A DNA stretch of 64,000 bases from Alphaproteobacteria bacterium (GCA_964291215.2 OZ219790.1:1696001-1760000); one strand, 5' to 3'. Shown: positions 53,807 to 64,000, numbered from the stretch's first letter. The notes: generated from the letters alone by a model not told the origin. A program made the numbers and translations.

Positions 53807-56226
53807 GGACTATCGCCAAAATAAATTGATCGTTATGTCCGTGGCGTGAGGGTGTAGTTCCACTCGCCGTGGAACGAGTCTCTGCGGATGGCGAGGCCGT
53901 CCATCTCATCGTTGCTGACCTTGACCCCGAGCGGATAGCTGTTCTCGTTGAGGTCCGAGCGTATGGTGAGGCCGGCGTCGGTGGTGGTCGCGGCGACCAG
54001 CTTGACGATCACCTGGTAGCTGACGAGGGGCCGGCCGCGCCAGTTCCGGGTGATGTGGCAGAACATCCGGTGCTCGATCTTGTTCCACTTTCCGGGCGGG
54101 AAGTGGGCCACCGACACCTTCAACCCGAGTTCGTCGGCGAGGTGCTGCAGTTCCAGCTTCCACAGCCGGTTGCCGCTGCTGTTGGAGCCGTCGGCGGCTT
54201 GGCATCGGGATAGAGCAGTTGGCCCATCTGCCGCCACCAGCGGCCTCGACCGCGAACGCCGCCGTGTCGTGCCCAACGCTGACCCAGCCGGCGTTGGCGG
54301 TGAGATCGTAGACCCCGTAGGGGATCGCCTTGCCGAGCTCTGGATCGGGGAAGTCATACACGTTGACGACTTCAGGGTCGCCCTTGAGGCCCGGCCGCCA
54401 TTGCGGTACTGGATTTCCTTCTTCCTGATGTCACTACGGGCTGGCTCAGTCTCCGGAACGCGCGCACCCGGCGCGTCGGAACTGCGCATCCCGGTCCGGA
54501 TGCTGGCGGCCTTCCAGCGTCTTGCGATTGGCCTGGAGGCTGTACCCCAGATCGTGGAGCAGCCGGTTCACCGTGCGCTCGCTGACGCGGTGGCCCTCGA
54601 CCGCAAGACGGTCCGCCAGCCGTGCGGCACTGTGACACCGCAGCGAACTCTCCGGATCGCCGCGCGTCATCGGTTCAAGCTCGCGCTCCAGCGCCGCCAC
54701 CAAACCCGGATCCACATCCGTCACCCGCTTGCGCCCGCCGCCGGGGCGACGCAAACGTCCTGAAGGAATCTCATTCGAAGACTCCGAATCAAGCTCCTTC
54801 AGCCCGGCGCGAACGGTGCCGCGTGACATCCCCGTCGCCTCAGCCACTCGCGCAATGCCTCCGCGCCCGATGGCACGGGCCTCCGTCGCCGCCCACAGGC
54901 GCCGCGCACGTTCGTTCAGAACCGGACGCAACATCACAAATTTGGATCGCAGCGTATCGACTATCACTTCCATGACATCATTAATAGCAGATCCACATCA
55001 AAAAACAATCCCCCCGTTCCATAGTGAAGTGCAACACATGATGGGCTGTGGCCATGTGTTTTTAGACGCATGATGTTGCGGAGCGGTAGCGGCGAGAGTC
55101 CCTGTACAAGATGGAGGGAGCTTGTTCATGTCCAAAGGCTACCGTCACCTACGAAGAGCGATGCCAGATTGAGGCGTTACAGAAAAGCGGTCTTTCACAA
55201 GGTGCGATTGCTCGGCAGCTGGGCCGATCAACAATTTTCCGGGAGATCAAGCGCAACACCGGGGGACGGGGTTGCCGTCACAAGCAGGCGCAAAGGATGG
55301 CAGAAGCGCGCCGCAGGGCCGCCTCGTCTGTTTCCTGGCGGTTGACGCCTTGGGTTGAAGCTCAGAAAAAGCTGCGGGAGGGCCCCTAGCAGCGGCCGTT
55401 TTCGACTGGAGGGCCGTGGGTCGGCAACGGATCTATGATCGCCGAAGATCGGAGAGCCGGGGGCGTCTTGAAGCTTCGGCGGCGCGGCAAGAAGCCGAAC
55501 TGGAAGGGCGGATGCCATTCCGGCCGGGTGGACATTTCCGAGCGCCCTGCGGAGGCAAAGGAACGGATCGGCGACTGGGAGCCATCATCGGCAAAGCTCA
55601 CAGTGGAGCTGTCGTGTCGCTCGTGCCACGAAATACGCCTTGCCGGGTGGACAGAAAGACACGGTCGGTTCGGTCATGATCCGCCTGCTCGGCTCTGGTG
55701 CGCTATTGGTCCACACAATCACGTCAGACAACGGAGTTCGCAGACCACAGGCGTGTCGCACTTGACGCAGATTTCTTCTTCGCCTTTCCATTCCTGGGAG
55801 CGCGGCTTGAATGAGCACACCAACGGCCTGGTGCGGGAGTACTTCCCGAAGGGCACGGACTTTCGCGCGACATGCAACGAAGATGTTCAGAAGGTGCGGC
55901 TCAACACTCGGAAAGTCCTGGGATCGCCGACGGAGGTAATCTTGAAGTGAAACCGCCCTGACCATCTGCGCCATGTTCCAAAGCCGCAACGTGCAGCAGG
56001 GTCCATGCCGCGCGACGGCGGAATAGTGGCTTGAAGCCGACAAAGGCGTTGCATAAGCTCGATGTTGAAGGAACTGAAGCTGTTCCCAGGCGGAATCGAG
56101 AGGGGCAGAGGGGAAAAATTTGCGCAACACCCGGCCCTCATCTCCGTTCGGGCTACGCCCTCACTGCGATGAGGGCCGGGTGTTGCACTTCAGACTGGAA
56201 GTGGGGATCTATTTTGGCGAGAATCC
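53807..56226 (-). mobile_element. ISAzo13-family element (transposase pseudogene 53833-54973)
   Basis: LNERARRLWAATEA, HPDRDAQF, KWNKIEHRMFCHITRNWRGRPL, FHGEWNY; IRs; 3-bp TSD TTA. Confidence 0.9.
55011..56206 (+). mobile_element. IS30-family element copy 2, decayed
   Basis: Near-identical to 9001-10184; 3-bp TSD ATC. Confidence 0.88.
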
Positions 56227-56843
56227 TTAGCCTGGCGCACTCGCTTTCGCTACGGCCCTCCGGTTTGTTCACCGCCCTAGCTGACCGAGAACCGGCTGGG
56301 CACTGCGTCCCAACCACAGCGGCTTCTACTTCCCAGCTCGCTGGCCCAGGGTCGCCCCTGAGCCAGTGGGATATACTACGGTGCCAAACTGACAATTGCG
56401 GGACTTACACCCGCAGGTACAGCAGCTGGACTCGCTGCACGGAACCGAGAAACTCTGGCAGGGATACCAACTCCTCCTCTACTTCGTCGAAAATTACCAA
56501 AAATGCGGAAACTCGATATGCAGAAATCAACGAACTCGATAGTGTCAGATTGAAAGCGCAGGAGCCCGGATCACATGTCGGCAGAAAAACCGGAACCGGA
56601 CCGAAACGACAACAGGGAAGAAACACGATCCTGAAAACAGGACTTTCCCACGCTGTGACTGATGTTTTGGATGACCGCTGAACGGGGCACAAATTTCCGC
56701 ATTCTTGCTAGTATTTTGACATTATTGTATTGATGCATATAGTGACTTCAGTTTCGTCCGGGCATCCTTCCTCGTGAAACGCCGGTCGACGGTGACATCG
56801 GCCGCATTACGCCGTTCCACCCATGCTGCCGTCTCCCGCCGCA

Positions 56844-57962
56844 CAAGGTGATCCCATGCTTGTTGATGTGATGTGATCGGAGTCCTGATCGCGGCGCGGG
56901 GCGCGATTGGTCGGCGTATCCGGGGCGAGCGAGAGGCCTTGGTTGCCGGGCTCGAAAGCTTGCGGTTTCTGTCGGGGAGAGAGGCGCGGTCAGCCTGGTC
57001 TTGTGATTGCGTGCAGGACTTGCTTGCGCTTGTCGGCATAGTGGTGTCGACGAAGCTGTTGAAGGATTTGCGCAGCTTGTTGCGGATGATGACGGCGATT
57101 GCGAGGTTGATCGCGTTGTTTGCGGGCGCGTTCGGAGCATGGAGTCGTCTTCGCGGAAGGTGGCGTCGCGGACATGATGATGGCTCTCAACCACCCGGTG
57201 CCCGCGATTCCATGCGAGCAACTGTTGCGGCGAGGCGCGCTCGACCGAGTGCTGATAAATCGAGCGCAACTCCTGCGCCGACCAGCGGCGCCCGCAACTC
57301 CCACGCCGCAGGAAGCGGCGAACGATCCCGCGTCACGACGCAGCGGAAACACGTAAGGATCCTTCGCCTCCCCGGTCGGCGCCCGCTGGCGCGCGCATAG
57401 CTCCTGCCAACGCACTCCCAGTTCGCCGCCTTGTACATGGTGCCGCTGAACTTCGTCGGCAAGACAAACGACTCCGCAACAAGCAACGGATGGCCGTACG
57501 CAGCCTCCCAGTCGCCACCGAGACGCCGCGCCATCCGCGACAACGCAAACGAGGCCCGGAAACACCCGGCGACCACCAGGAACAACAAACCTCGTGTTGT
57601 TCCCGGCAACCGCCTGAACTGTTCCTCGCGGTGCCAGCCAATCCAACGGGTGCGCAGCTGAGGGCGCCCGTCTGCCAGCCCGCAGCACCAATCCACCGCC
57701 CGCGCCAGGTGAACACGCGGATCTCGACCGGCAAACTGCTTGAAACCAAGATACGGTCAACAACACGGTTCCAGCGACATCAGGCCGCGCAAGGCGCACA
57801 ACCACATCCCGGAGCTCAAAACCCTCCGGAGTCGTCTCAAAAAAATCCGCTGCCCCCACGACAACGGATACTACGCCGCTTCACAAAAAGCCAGCGAAAA
57901 TGCGAATCATCCTGAACAAGCGAAACCGACCCTTCCAACAAACCTAGCGTGGGATCGCCGTG
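56844..57962 (-). mobile_element. DUF4338-ISAs1 copy D (large internal deletion)
   Basis: Both IRs; 9-bp TSD CCCGCCGCA. Confidence 0.85.
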
Positions 57963-58481
57963 CCCGCCGCATGGTGTCACGGTCGGGAATGCGTCGCCGA
58001 AGGCATTGCCGCGACAGCACGCCAATCTCGATCTCGGCCATGTTGAGCTTGCTTCCGTGCTTCTGCGTGTAGCGAAACTCGAACCGCTTTCGCACCCGCC
58101 TCCTCGGGCTCGAAGGCTTCATACAGCGACTGGGCGTGTTCAGATTGTCCGGCACGATCTTCCTGTCGGGGAAATGGTCGTCGGCAAGCTCCCGGATGAA
58201 GTGCGCCCGGTCCCGCGGCGGTCGGTGACTTTCACCGTGCGCCAGTTCTCGTTGGGCGCAAAGGCCAGGAAGAGGTTGGCCGTGCCGTTTCGTTCATAGT
58301 CGACCACCTCCGGCTGACCGGGGGATGCGGGTTTCCTGCTGCCGGCTGGTCTCGCACACCAGCACCTCGTCCCCGGCAAAGTCCCGCTGATAAATGTCAA
58401 GCATGTCCGCCGCCACGAACTGTGCGCTCCGGTGCGGTGGAATGCACCAGTACTGCTTCAGCCACCGCTTGATCTCTTTTT

Positions 58482-61400
58482 GTATCTACTCACCCCTTGT
58501 TGGGTTCTGATTGGCCATAGTGCTCGTTGATGATGTCTGCGGCTTTTCCGTCGAGGGCGATCTGGGTGGCGACGAGTGGGTTGTAGCCGAGTGCGACCAT
58601 GGAGGTGAGGTAGCTTGAGCTCCGGCACCATGCTTTTGCGTGGAGCGGAAGCATCCGGACACCTTGACCTTTGCCATCCTGATCTTCTGTTCTCCGGCAT
58701 TGTTGGTGAAGCTGACGTTGGGGTCGTCTGTGAAGCGCAGGTTTTCGTGTTTCACGAGACGTTCGTGCAGGTTGTGCGCGTTTGCTATGCGTCCACGGTT
58801 TCCTTTCGGCGGCGGCGGGATATCGGGCAGTTCCCTGGCGCCCTGATGGTGCGGTAGCGCTTGCGCCCGGCGTCGTTCAGGGTTTTGGATGCGCTCTTGT
58901 TGACCTTGTGGCAGACCTCGCGGAGCAGGCTCTTCATCAGTCGCGCGGTAGCCTCGACGACAAAGGTCAGTTCGCGCAGCAGGTGGCTACCGCACAGCTG
59001 GTGGCTACACTGGCCCATGTACGAGGCCCAGCAGTCGTGGACCCACGGCGATCCCACGCTAGGTTTGTTGGAAGGGTCGGTTTCGCTTGTTCAGGATGAT
59101 TCGCATTTTCGCTGGCTTTTTGTGAAGCGGCGTAGTATCCGTTGTCGTGGGGGCAGCGGATTTTTTTGAGACGACTCTGGAGGGTTTTGCGCTCCGGGAT
59201 GTGGTTGTGCGCCTTGCGCGGCCTGATGTCGCTGGAACCGTGTTGTTGACCGTATCTTGGTTTCAAGCAGTTTGCCGGTCGAGGTCTGCGCTACGTGTTC
59301 ACCTGGCGCGGGCGGTGGATTGGTGCTGCGGGCTGGCAGACGGACGCCCTCAGCTGCGCACCCGTTGGATTGGCTGGCGCCGCGAGGAACAGTTCAGGCG
59401 GTTGCCGGGAACAACACGAGGTTTGTTGTTCTTGGTGGTCGTTTCCGGGCCTTGCCTCGTTTGCGTTGTCGCGGATGGTGCGGCGGCGACTGGGAGGCTG
59501 CGTACGGCCATCCGTTACTTGTTCCGGAGTCGTTTGTCTCGCCGACGAAGTTCAACGGCACCATGTACAAGGCAGCGAACTGGGAGTGCGTTGGCAGGAG
59601 CTATGCGCGCGCCAGCGGGCGCTATACCGACCGGCACGGGGAGGATCATTACGAGACAGTCTCGCTGATCGAGCACGGGACCGGTATGCCGGTTTCGATC
59701 CTCAACTATAACGACGAGGGCGGGGAGATCGCTGCCGTCCACGCCGCGACGGCGCCGGTTGCCGGCCGTCTGCTCAACCTCGACACGCTCCACACCACCC
59801 GCGCGGCTGATCATCGAGACCCATCGCGCGGACTGATGGTCAAGGGCAACGCACCTTCGAGAGCATCAACTGGAAGACCGCCAGCGCTACAACGAAAAGC
59901 CCGCGCATGGCCGCCAGCGCACCATCTTCACCCCGCTGGCGAAGATGATCAACTAGCAGATCTTCCGCGTCACCCGGCGCGTCGAATTCAAGAAATCCGG
60001 AAAACGGACAACCGAATACGCCATGACCTCGGCCGAACGCGCCTCGCCGCAACAGCTGCTCGCATGGAATCGCGAACACTGGGTAGTCGAGAGCCACCAT
60101 CATGTCCGCGATGCCACCTTCCGCGAAGACGACTCCATGCTCCGAACGCGCCCGCAAACAACGCGATCACCCTCGCAATCATCATCCGCAACAAACGCAA
60201 GCTGCCCAAACCCTTCAACAGCTTCGTCGGCGCCCGCCACCACCATGGCGACAAGCGCAAGCAGGTCCTGCACGCAATCACAAGACCAGGCTGACCGCGC
60301 CTCTCTCCCCGACAGAAACTGCAAGCTTTCGAGCCCGGCAACCAAGGCCTCTCGCTCGCCCCGGATATGCCGACCAATCGCGCCCCGCGCCGCAACAGCG
60401 CGTCAGCAAATCTCAAAATCGCAGCCTCGAACGCGTCGACCCGCGCCGCGATCAGGACTCCGATCACATCAACAAGCATGGGATCACCTTGGTCGTGGAC
60501 CAGAACGCCCTTGTAACACGGGATGATGCCGATCTCTTGCCCGCGCTTGCGGTGCGGGAACTTGCACGTCAGGGTCCCACGACATGGAGCCACTTACTGT
60601 TGATCCGAAATCGTCGACATCGGGCGTTGCAGGAGGTGCGCCACGGCGGCCTCCTCCCATGACGCATCGTGAAAGCATAGCCGAGGCCTCGGAGAGCTTG
60701 ATGCCGGAGATCGCCTGCACAAACGCGACGGCACGGCGCAGGGACAGCATCTGGGCGACCAGCAGGTTGATGACAAGGGCCTGAATGCCGATGCCGTACT
60801 GCACGGGATGTTGTCGGGGAACCGGCCCCGGGCCTTGCACTTCGGACATTCCTTGATCTCGGCGCGGCGCTCGACGATCTCGAACACGATGTCGTGCGGC
60901 GCTCCCGATCGACGGGGCCGTCGATGTCGGCGCCGCAGGCGTCGCAGGCCGCGACCGTTTCCTCGACGATGGTCTTGCGCAGGTTGTCGCCCATCTGCCG
61001 GTTCGGCTTCGGGCCCTTGCCGTTGCTTCCGGCACGCTCTCGTCCTTGTCCGTCTGTGACGGCGGCAGACCGGAGTTCCGGCTCGTGCGTAGTCTTCTCC
61101 AGAAGGACGACGATGAGGATGTCGAGCAGGATGACGAAGACGCGGATCACGGCCTCTTCCGCCACCTCGCCGGCAGCGCGACGATCTTGGCCGCTTCGAA
61201 CTCCTCGCGCGCCGCGTTGACCGTCGCCATCACCCGGCCTTGCGCTTCATCGGCGCGCCGCCTCCGAGATGCGTTTCCACATACAGATCATGCGGAGGCT
61301 GGAGCCCCGGAAGCAGCTGGCACAGCCCGCTCGTCGCCTTCGATCCAAAGTAGCCCACTGGCGGTCCTCGTCGTTCTCAATGACCACCACTAAGCGAATC

Positions 61401-61482
61401 GGCCTGCAATGTCAAATCTCCACGAAACCCCGTTCGTTACTCTACCCCGACATCAAGCCGGAACCAGGGGGTGAGCAGTTAC
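58482..61482 (-). mobile_element. IS66 with Dam-like fragment, second copy
   Basis: Same IRs as 48992-51587; 8-bp TSD CTCTTTTT. Confidence 0.88.
59044..60491 (+). mobile_element. DUF4338-ISAs1 copy E
   Basis: Both IRs; 10-bp TSD GTCGTGGACC; GGDWEAAYGHPLLV.ESFVSPTKFNGTMYKAANW. Confidence 0.85.
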
Positions 61483-62203
61483 CTCTTTTTTTAGAGTCTT
61501 CCTGACCGTCTCTTCCGAAATGCGCTCGACGATCTCCACCAGACGGCCGGCGAGCAGCGTCCACAGCCCTCGGGCGGGGACGAGACCAGCTTCGCCTCCA
61601 TCGCCCCGTCGAGCCGTTTCGGCCGACGGTTCACCTGCTCCTTGCGGCTGAGGACAGCCTCCGGACCCCGCAGCGCTTGCGCAAGCGTTCGACCGTCGCC
61701 GTGCCCAACGCAATGTCGGCATCGACAAGCGCCTCTCAGCATCAGGACCTGTGCCCGGTGCCGTCGACGATCGCCTTCAGATCCCGGCGCTCCTGCGCTG
61801 AAAGGGTCACCCGATAGAGCTTCCTGCCCTGAGAGTTGGCCACGCTCCTGTCATTGCGCCGAAGACATGCGGGCATGCCCGTTGTCCGGAACTGCGCATG
61901 GGGCTGCGGCTGCCTGCCTGTTCGGCATCTTGCCCGTGTGGATATCGGCACTGTCCGAATTCCAACGGATGCCGACACAGGAATACCACCCACCAAAAAC
62001 TATCAATACAATGTCGGTGGCCTACTAGGTTTTCCGGCTGTGGCGACCCGTGGACGGCCCCGCGACCAGAAAAGCCGACAGGGTTGGGCTTGGGCAAGCT
62101 CCCTCCATCAGCAGTCGGCAAGATCGAATGCAGCGTGGAAAAGTCCTGTCCTGAAAAGCGCGGCGAATCGCTGAAATCCTGCCGTTTTATGCAACCGACA
62201 ACA

Positions 62204-62618
62204 CGAGCGTCGCACCGTCGGCAACCTGCAGATGTCCGAACTGCCCGCGGCGCAGACGCGCGTCTCCGAAGCCGGTGCCGAGATCGATGCAGCCGAAGCC
62301 CTGCTCCTCAAGGACTGTGCGGACACAATGGCGATCGCGGAAGCCGGGGATGTGCCTGATATCGGAACTCGTGCGCGCTGGCGGCGAAACAATGCCTTTG
62401 CGGTGCAGCTCTGCGTGCGCGCGGTCGAGCGTCTTGCGCCGCTGGTCGGCGCGCGGGGCCTGACCCGCGAGAATCCGTTTCTGCGGATGTACAGCGACAT
62501 CCGCGCGGCCTCGCTGCAGATCACCGTCGCCTGGGACATCCAGTCGATAAACGCGGGCCGTATCCGTTTTGGGTTGCCGTCGCTCGATCCGCGGGTCTCA
62601 AACCGGTGGGTGCGCTAA
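62204..62618 (+). pseudogene. Flavin monooxygenase (HsaA-like), 3' fragment
   Basis: AEIDAAEALL..RAVERL..GARGL..NPFLRMYSDI; C-terminal acyl-CoA-dehydrogenase-type helices, same strand as 45100-45489. Confidence 0.78.
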
Positions 62619-63700
62619 TGCTGGAGGCAATTCCGGAAAGCATGCGCATTGCTGCGCATGAGTTCGAAATAGAGATTCTCTCCGTCTTCCAGAGCAGCGC
62701 CTAGGGGGTCGACCTTGCCGGTCCTGGTGTCGGTGCCGGCGATGAGGGCGGTGACCATGCGGGATTCGAATTGCGGCTCGACGAATATGCAGGCGACATC
62801 GTCCGCCACAAGCCTCTTGCGGAGTCTCACCAGCCGGGCAGTTCCCGGCGCGTCTTCGGGACTTGCCGTGATCGAGCCTAGTGCGCGAAGCCCGTAATGC
62901 TTGTCGAAATATTGCCACGCGTCGTGAAAGACGATGAAGCCAGCGTCAGTGACCGGCGCCAAGATCTGGTGGATCTCGGCATCGAGGCCCCGTAAGCGGT
63001 TCATGATCCGGTGTCCGTTGGCGCGATAGACGGCAGCACGGGACGGATCGACCTTGGAAAGCCCAGCCACCATGGCCCTGACCATGACACTGGCATTCTT
63101 GGGATGAAGCCACACATGCATGTCAAATTTCCCATGCGCATGTTCATGTCCGTCCTCGCGATGCTTGTGCGCTTCCCCGCGGTGCTCGTGAGCATCCTCA
63201 CGATGCGCATGGGCGTCGCCCTCCTTCCCGTGCCGCTCTTTTTCTTCCCGGTGGGCATCCTCCCGGCCGTGTTCCTTCCCTTCTGCCCGATGAGATTCCT
63301 CTCCGTGGTGCTCCGCCGCCTCTTCCCAGATGGCGCCCGTGCGCGTACGTTCCAGCATGATGCCTTCGGCTCGGGACAGTTCCACCTTGTAGGCGTTGCC
63401 GGCGAGCGAATGGAGTGGACGCGATAAAAATGCTTCTAGCCCTTCGCCGATCCATACGACGATGTCGGCCTGCTCCAGGAGGCGCGCGTCCGATGGCTTG
63501 AGTGCGAAGGTATGGGGCGATGCGCCACCTCGCACAAGGAGTTTCGGAGCGCCGACGCCTTTCATGACGCCCGACAACAGCGAATGGACCGGCTTGATGC
63601 TCGCCACCGCCACGGGCACGCCATTCGACGCCAGCGCCACAGGACTTGCCAGAAGCGACAGGGCGGCAAGGATCGGAATCAGTCGGTCTCGGATCTTCAT
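62615..63700 (-). CDS. znuA: Zinc ABC transporter substrate-binding protein
   Basis: VASIKPVHSL, GASPH, long His/Glu-rich loop, DMHVWL, FHDA..YF. Confidence 0.93.
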   Translation of the reverse strand: MKIRDRLIPILAALSLLASPVALASNGVPVAVASIKPVHSLLSGVMKGVGAPKLLVRGGASPHTFALKPSDARLLEQADIVVWIGEGLEAFLSRPLHSLAGNAYKVELSRAEGIMLERTRTGAIWEEAAEHHGEESHRAEGKEHGREDAHREEKERHGKEGDAHAHREDAHEHRGEAHKHREDGHEHAHGKFDMHVWLHPKNASVMVRAMVAGLSKVDPSRAAVYRANGHRIMNRLRGLDAEIHQILAPVTDAGFIVFHDAWQYFDKHYGLRALGSITASPEDAPGTARLVRLRKRLVADDVACIFVEPQFESRMVTALIAGTDTRTGKVDPLGAALEDGENLYFELMRSNAHAFRNCLQH

Positions 63701-63726
63701 GGATAGGGTCCTCGGATTGCGGGTAG

Positions 63727-63746
63727 AAAAACATTATAACATAAAG
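63727..63746. promoter_or_regulatory. Putative Zur box
   Basis: AT-rich CATTATAACATA, resembling a Zur half-site, between divergent znuA and znuC. Confidence 0.5.
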
Positions 63747-63846
63747 AAATGTCGCGAGGAACCGGTCGGCATGTCCGGACCGCGTGATCCGTACGAAGCC
63801 AGTCGATGCTGGCGGGACATGAACAGCGCCGGGAACGCCGGAAATC

Positions 63847-64000
63847 ATGAGTGAGATACCTCGTATAACGCCGACAGGACAGGCGCCCCTCGTCGCCGCT
63901 TCAGGGCTTGGCATCCGGCGCGGGCGCCGCTGGATCATCGACAGTGTGGATGTCGCCATTGCCCCTGGCGAAATCGTCGCTCTCATCGGGCCTAACGGCG
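63847..64000 (+). CDS. znuC: Zinc ABC transporter ATPase (runs off window)
   Basis: MSEIP..GEIVALIGPNG start of Walker A; divergent from znuA. Confidence 0.8.
   Translation, partial: MSEIPRITPTGQAPLVAASGLGIRRGRRWIIDSVDVAIAPGEIVALIGPNG

Larger units (their letters stand above)
53403..56240 (-). mobile_element. Group II intron 5' remnant (domains I-III), interrupted by ISAzo13
   Basis: GTGCG 5' consensus at 56240-56236 rejoins 53803 across a TAA duplication; GGGTGCAAGTCCC and GAAGTCAGATCCGGCCATACTACCGTTGAAGGCGGCGAACAA motifs. Confidence 0.75.
56711..62025 (-). mobile_element. IS630-family element, decayed and split by ISAs1 copy D and an IS66
   Basis: YRVTLSAQER, ISEETVRKTLKK, DYERNGTANLF, DNLNT, KHGSKLNMAEIEI, DARTKLKSLY; TA-flanked IRs. 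Confidence 0.85.
56638..62148. mobile_element. Short non-autonomous element (~195 bp own sequence) hosting IS630
   Basis: IRs CAGGACTTTCCCACGCTG / CAGCGTGGAAAAGTCCTG; 9-bp TSD TCCTGAAAA; another end copy at 51816. Confidence 0.75.
56241..62201 (+). mobile_element. Probable IS4-family 3' remnant (own sequence at 56241-56637 and 62149-62201)
   Basis: GTEKLWQGY resembles the IS4/IS50 C-terminal motif; sequence resumes across TSD TCCTGAAAA. Confidence 0.45.

Overview
High-GC alphaproteobacterial (Rhodospirillales-like) chromosomal segment. Intact housekeeping blocks (NUDIX/MFS/amidase/HpaB-like; hpnE-hpnD-dxs-ispA; yfgM-bamB-der; SDR-purF-cvpA-radA-mlaF-mlaE-alr-dnaB-cfa; Lpp/OprI-like lipoprotein plus L,D-transpeptidase; ubiX; znuA/znuC) alternate with two graveyards of nested, decayed mobile elements (~7.3-19.9 kb and ~45.5-62.2 kb). 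The second graveyard sits inside a broken flavin-dependent monooxygenase gene. Main observations: (1) three copies of one IS110 element; the two that retain a bridge-RNA region share donor guides but have different target guides, each matching its own insertion site, and both sites lie inside other transposase genes; (2) IS elements repeatedly carry putative DNA-modifying cargo (a DUF4338/DruA-like domain fused to ISAs1 and free-standing in IS66; a Dam-like N6-adenine methyltransferase upstream of IS66 transposases); (3) the mobile elements are eroded by short microhomology-bounded deletions, some shared between independently inserted copies. All family assignments come from motif recognition by eye, not database searches.
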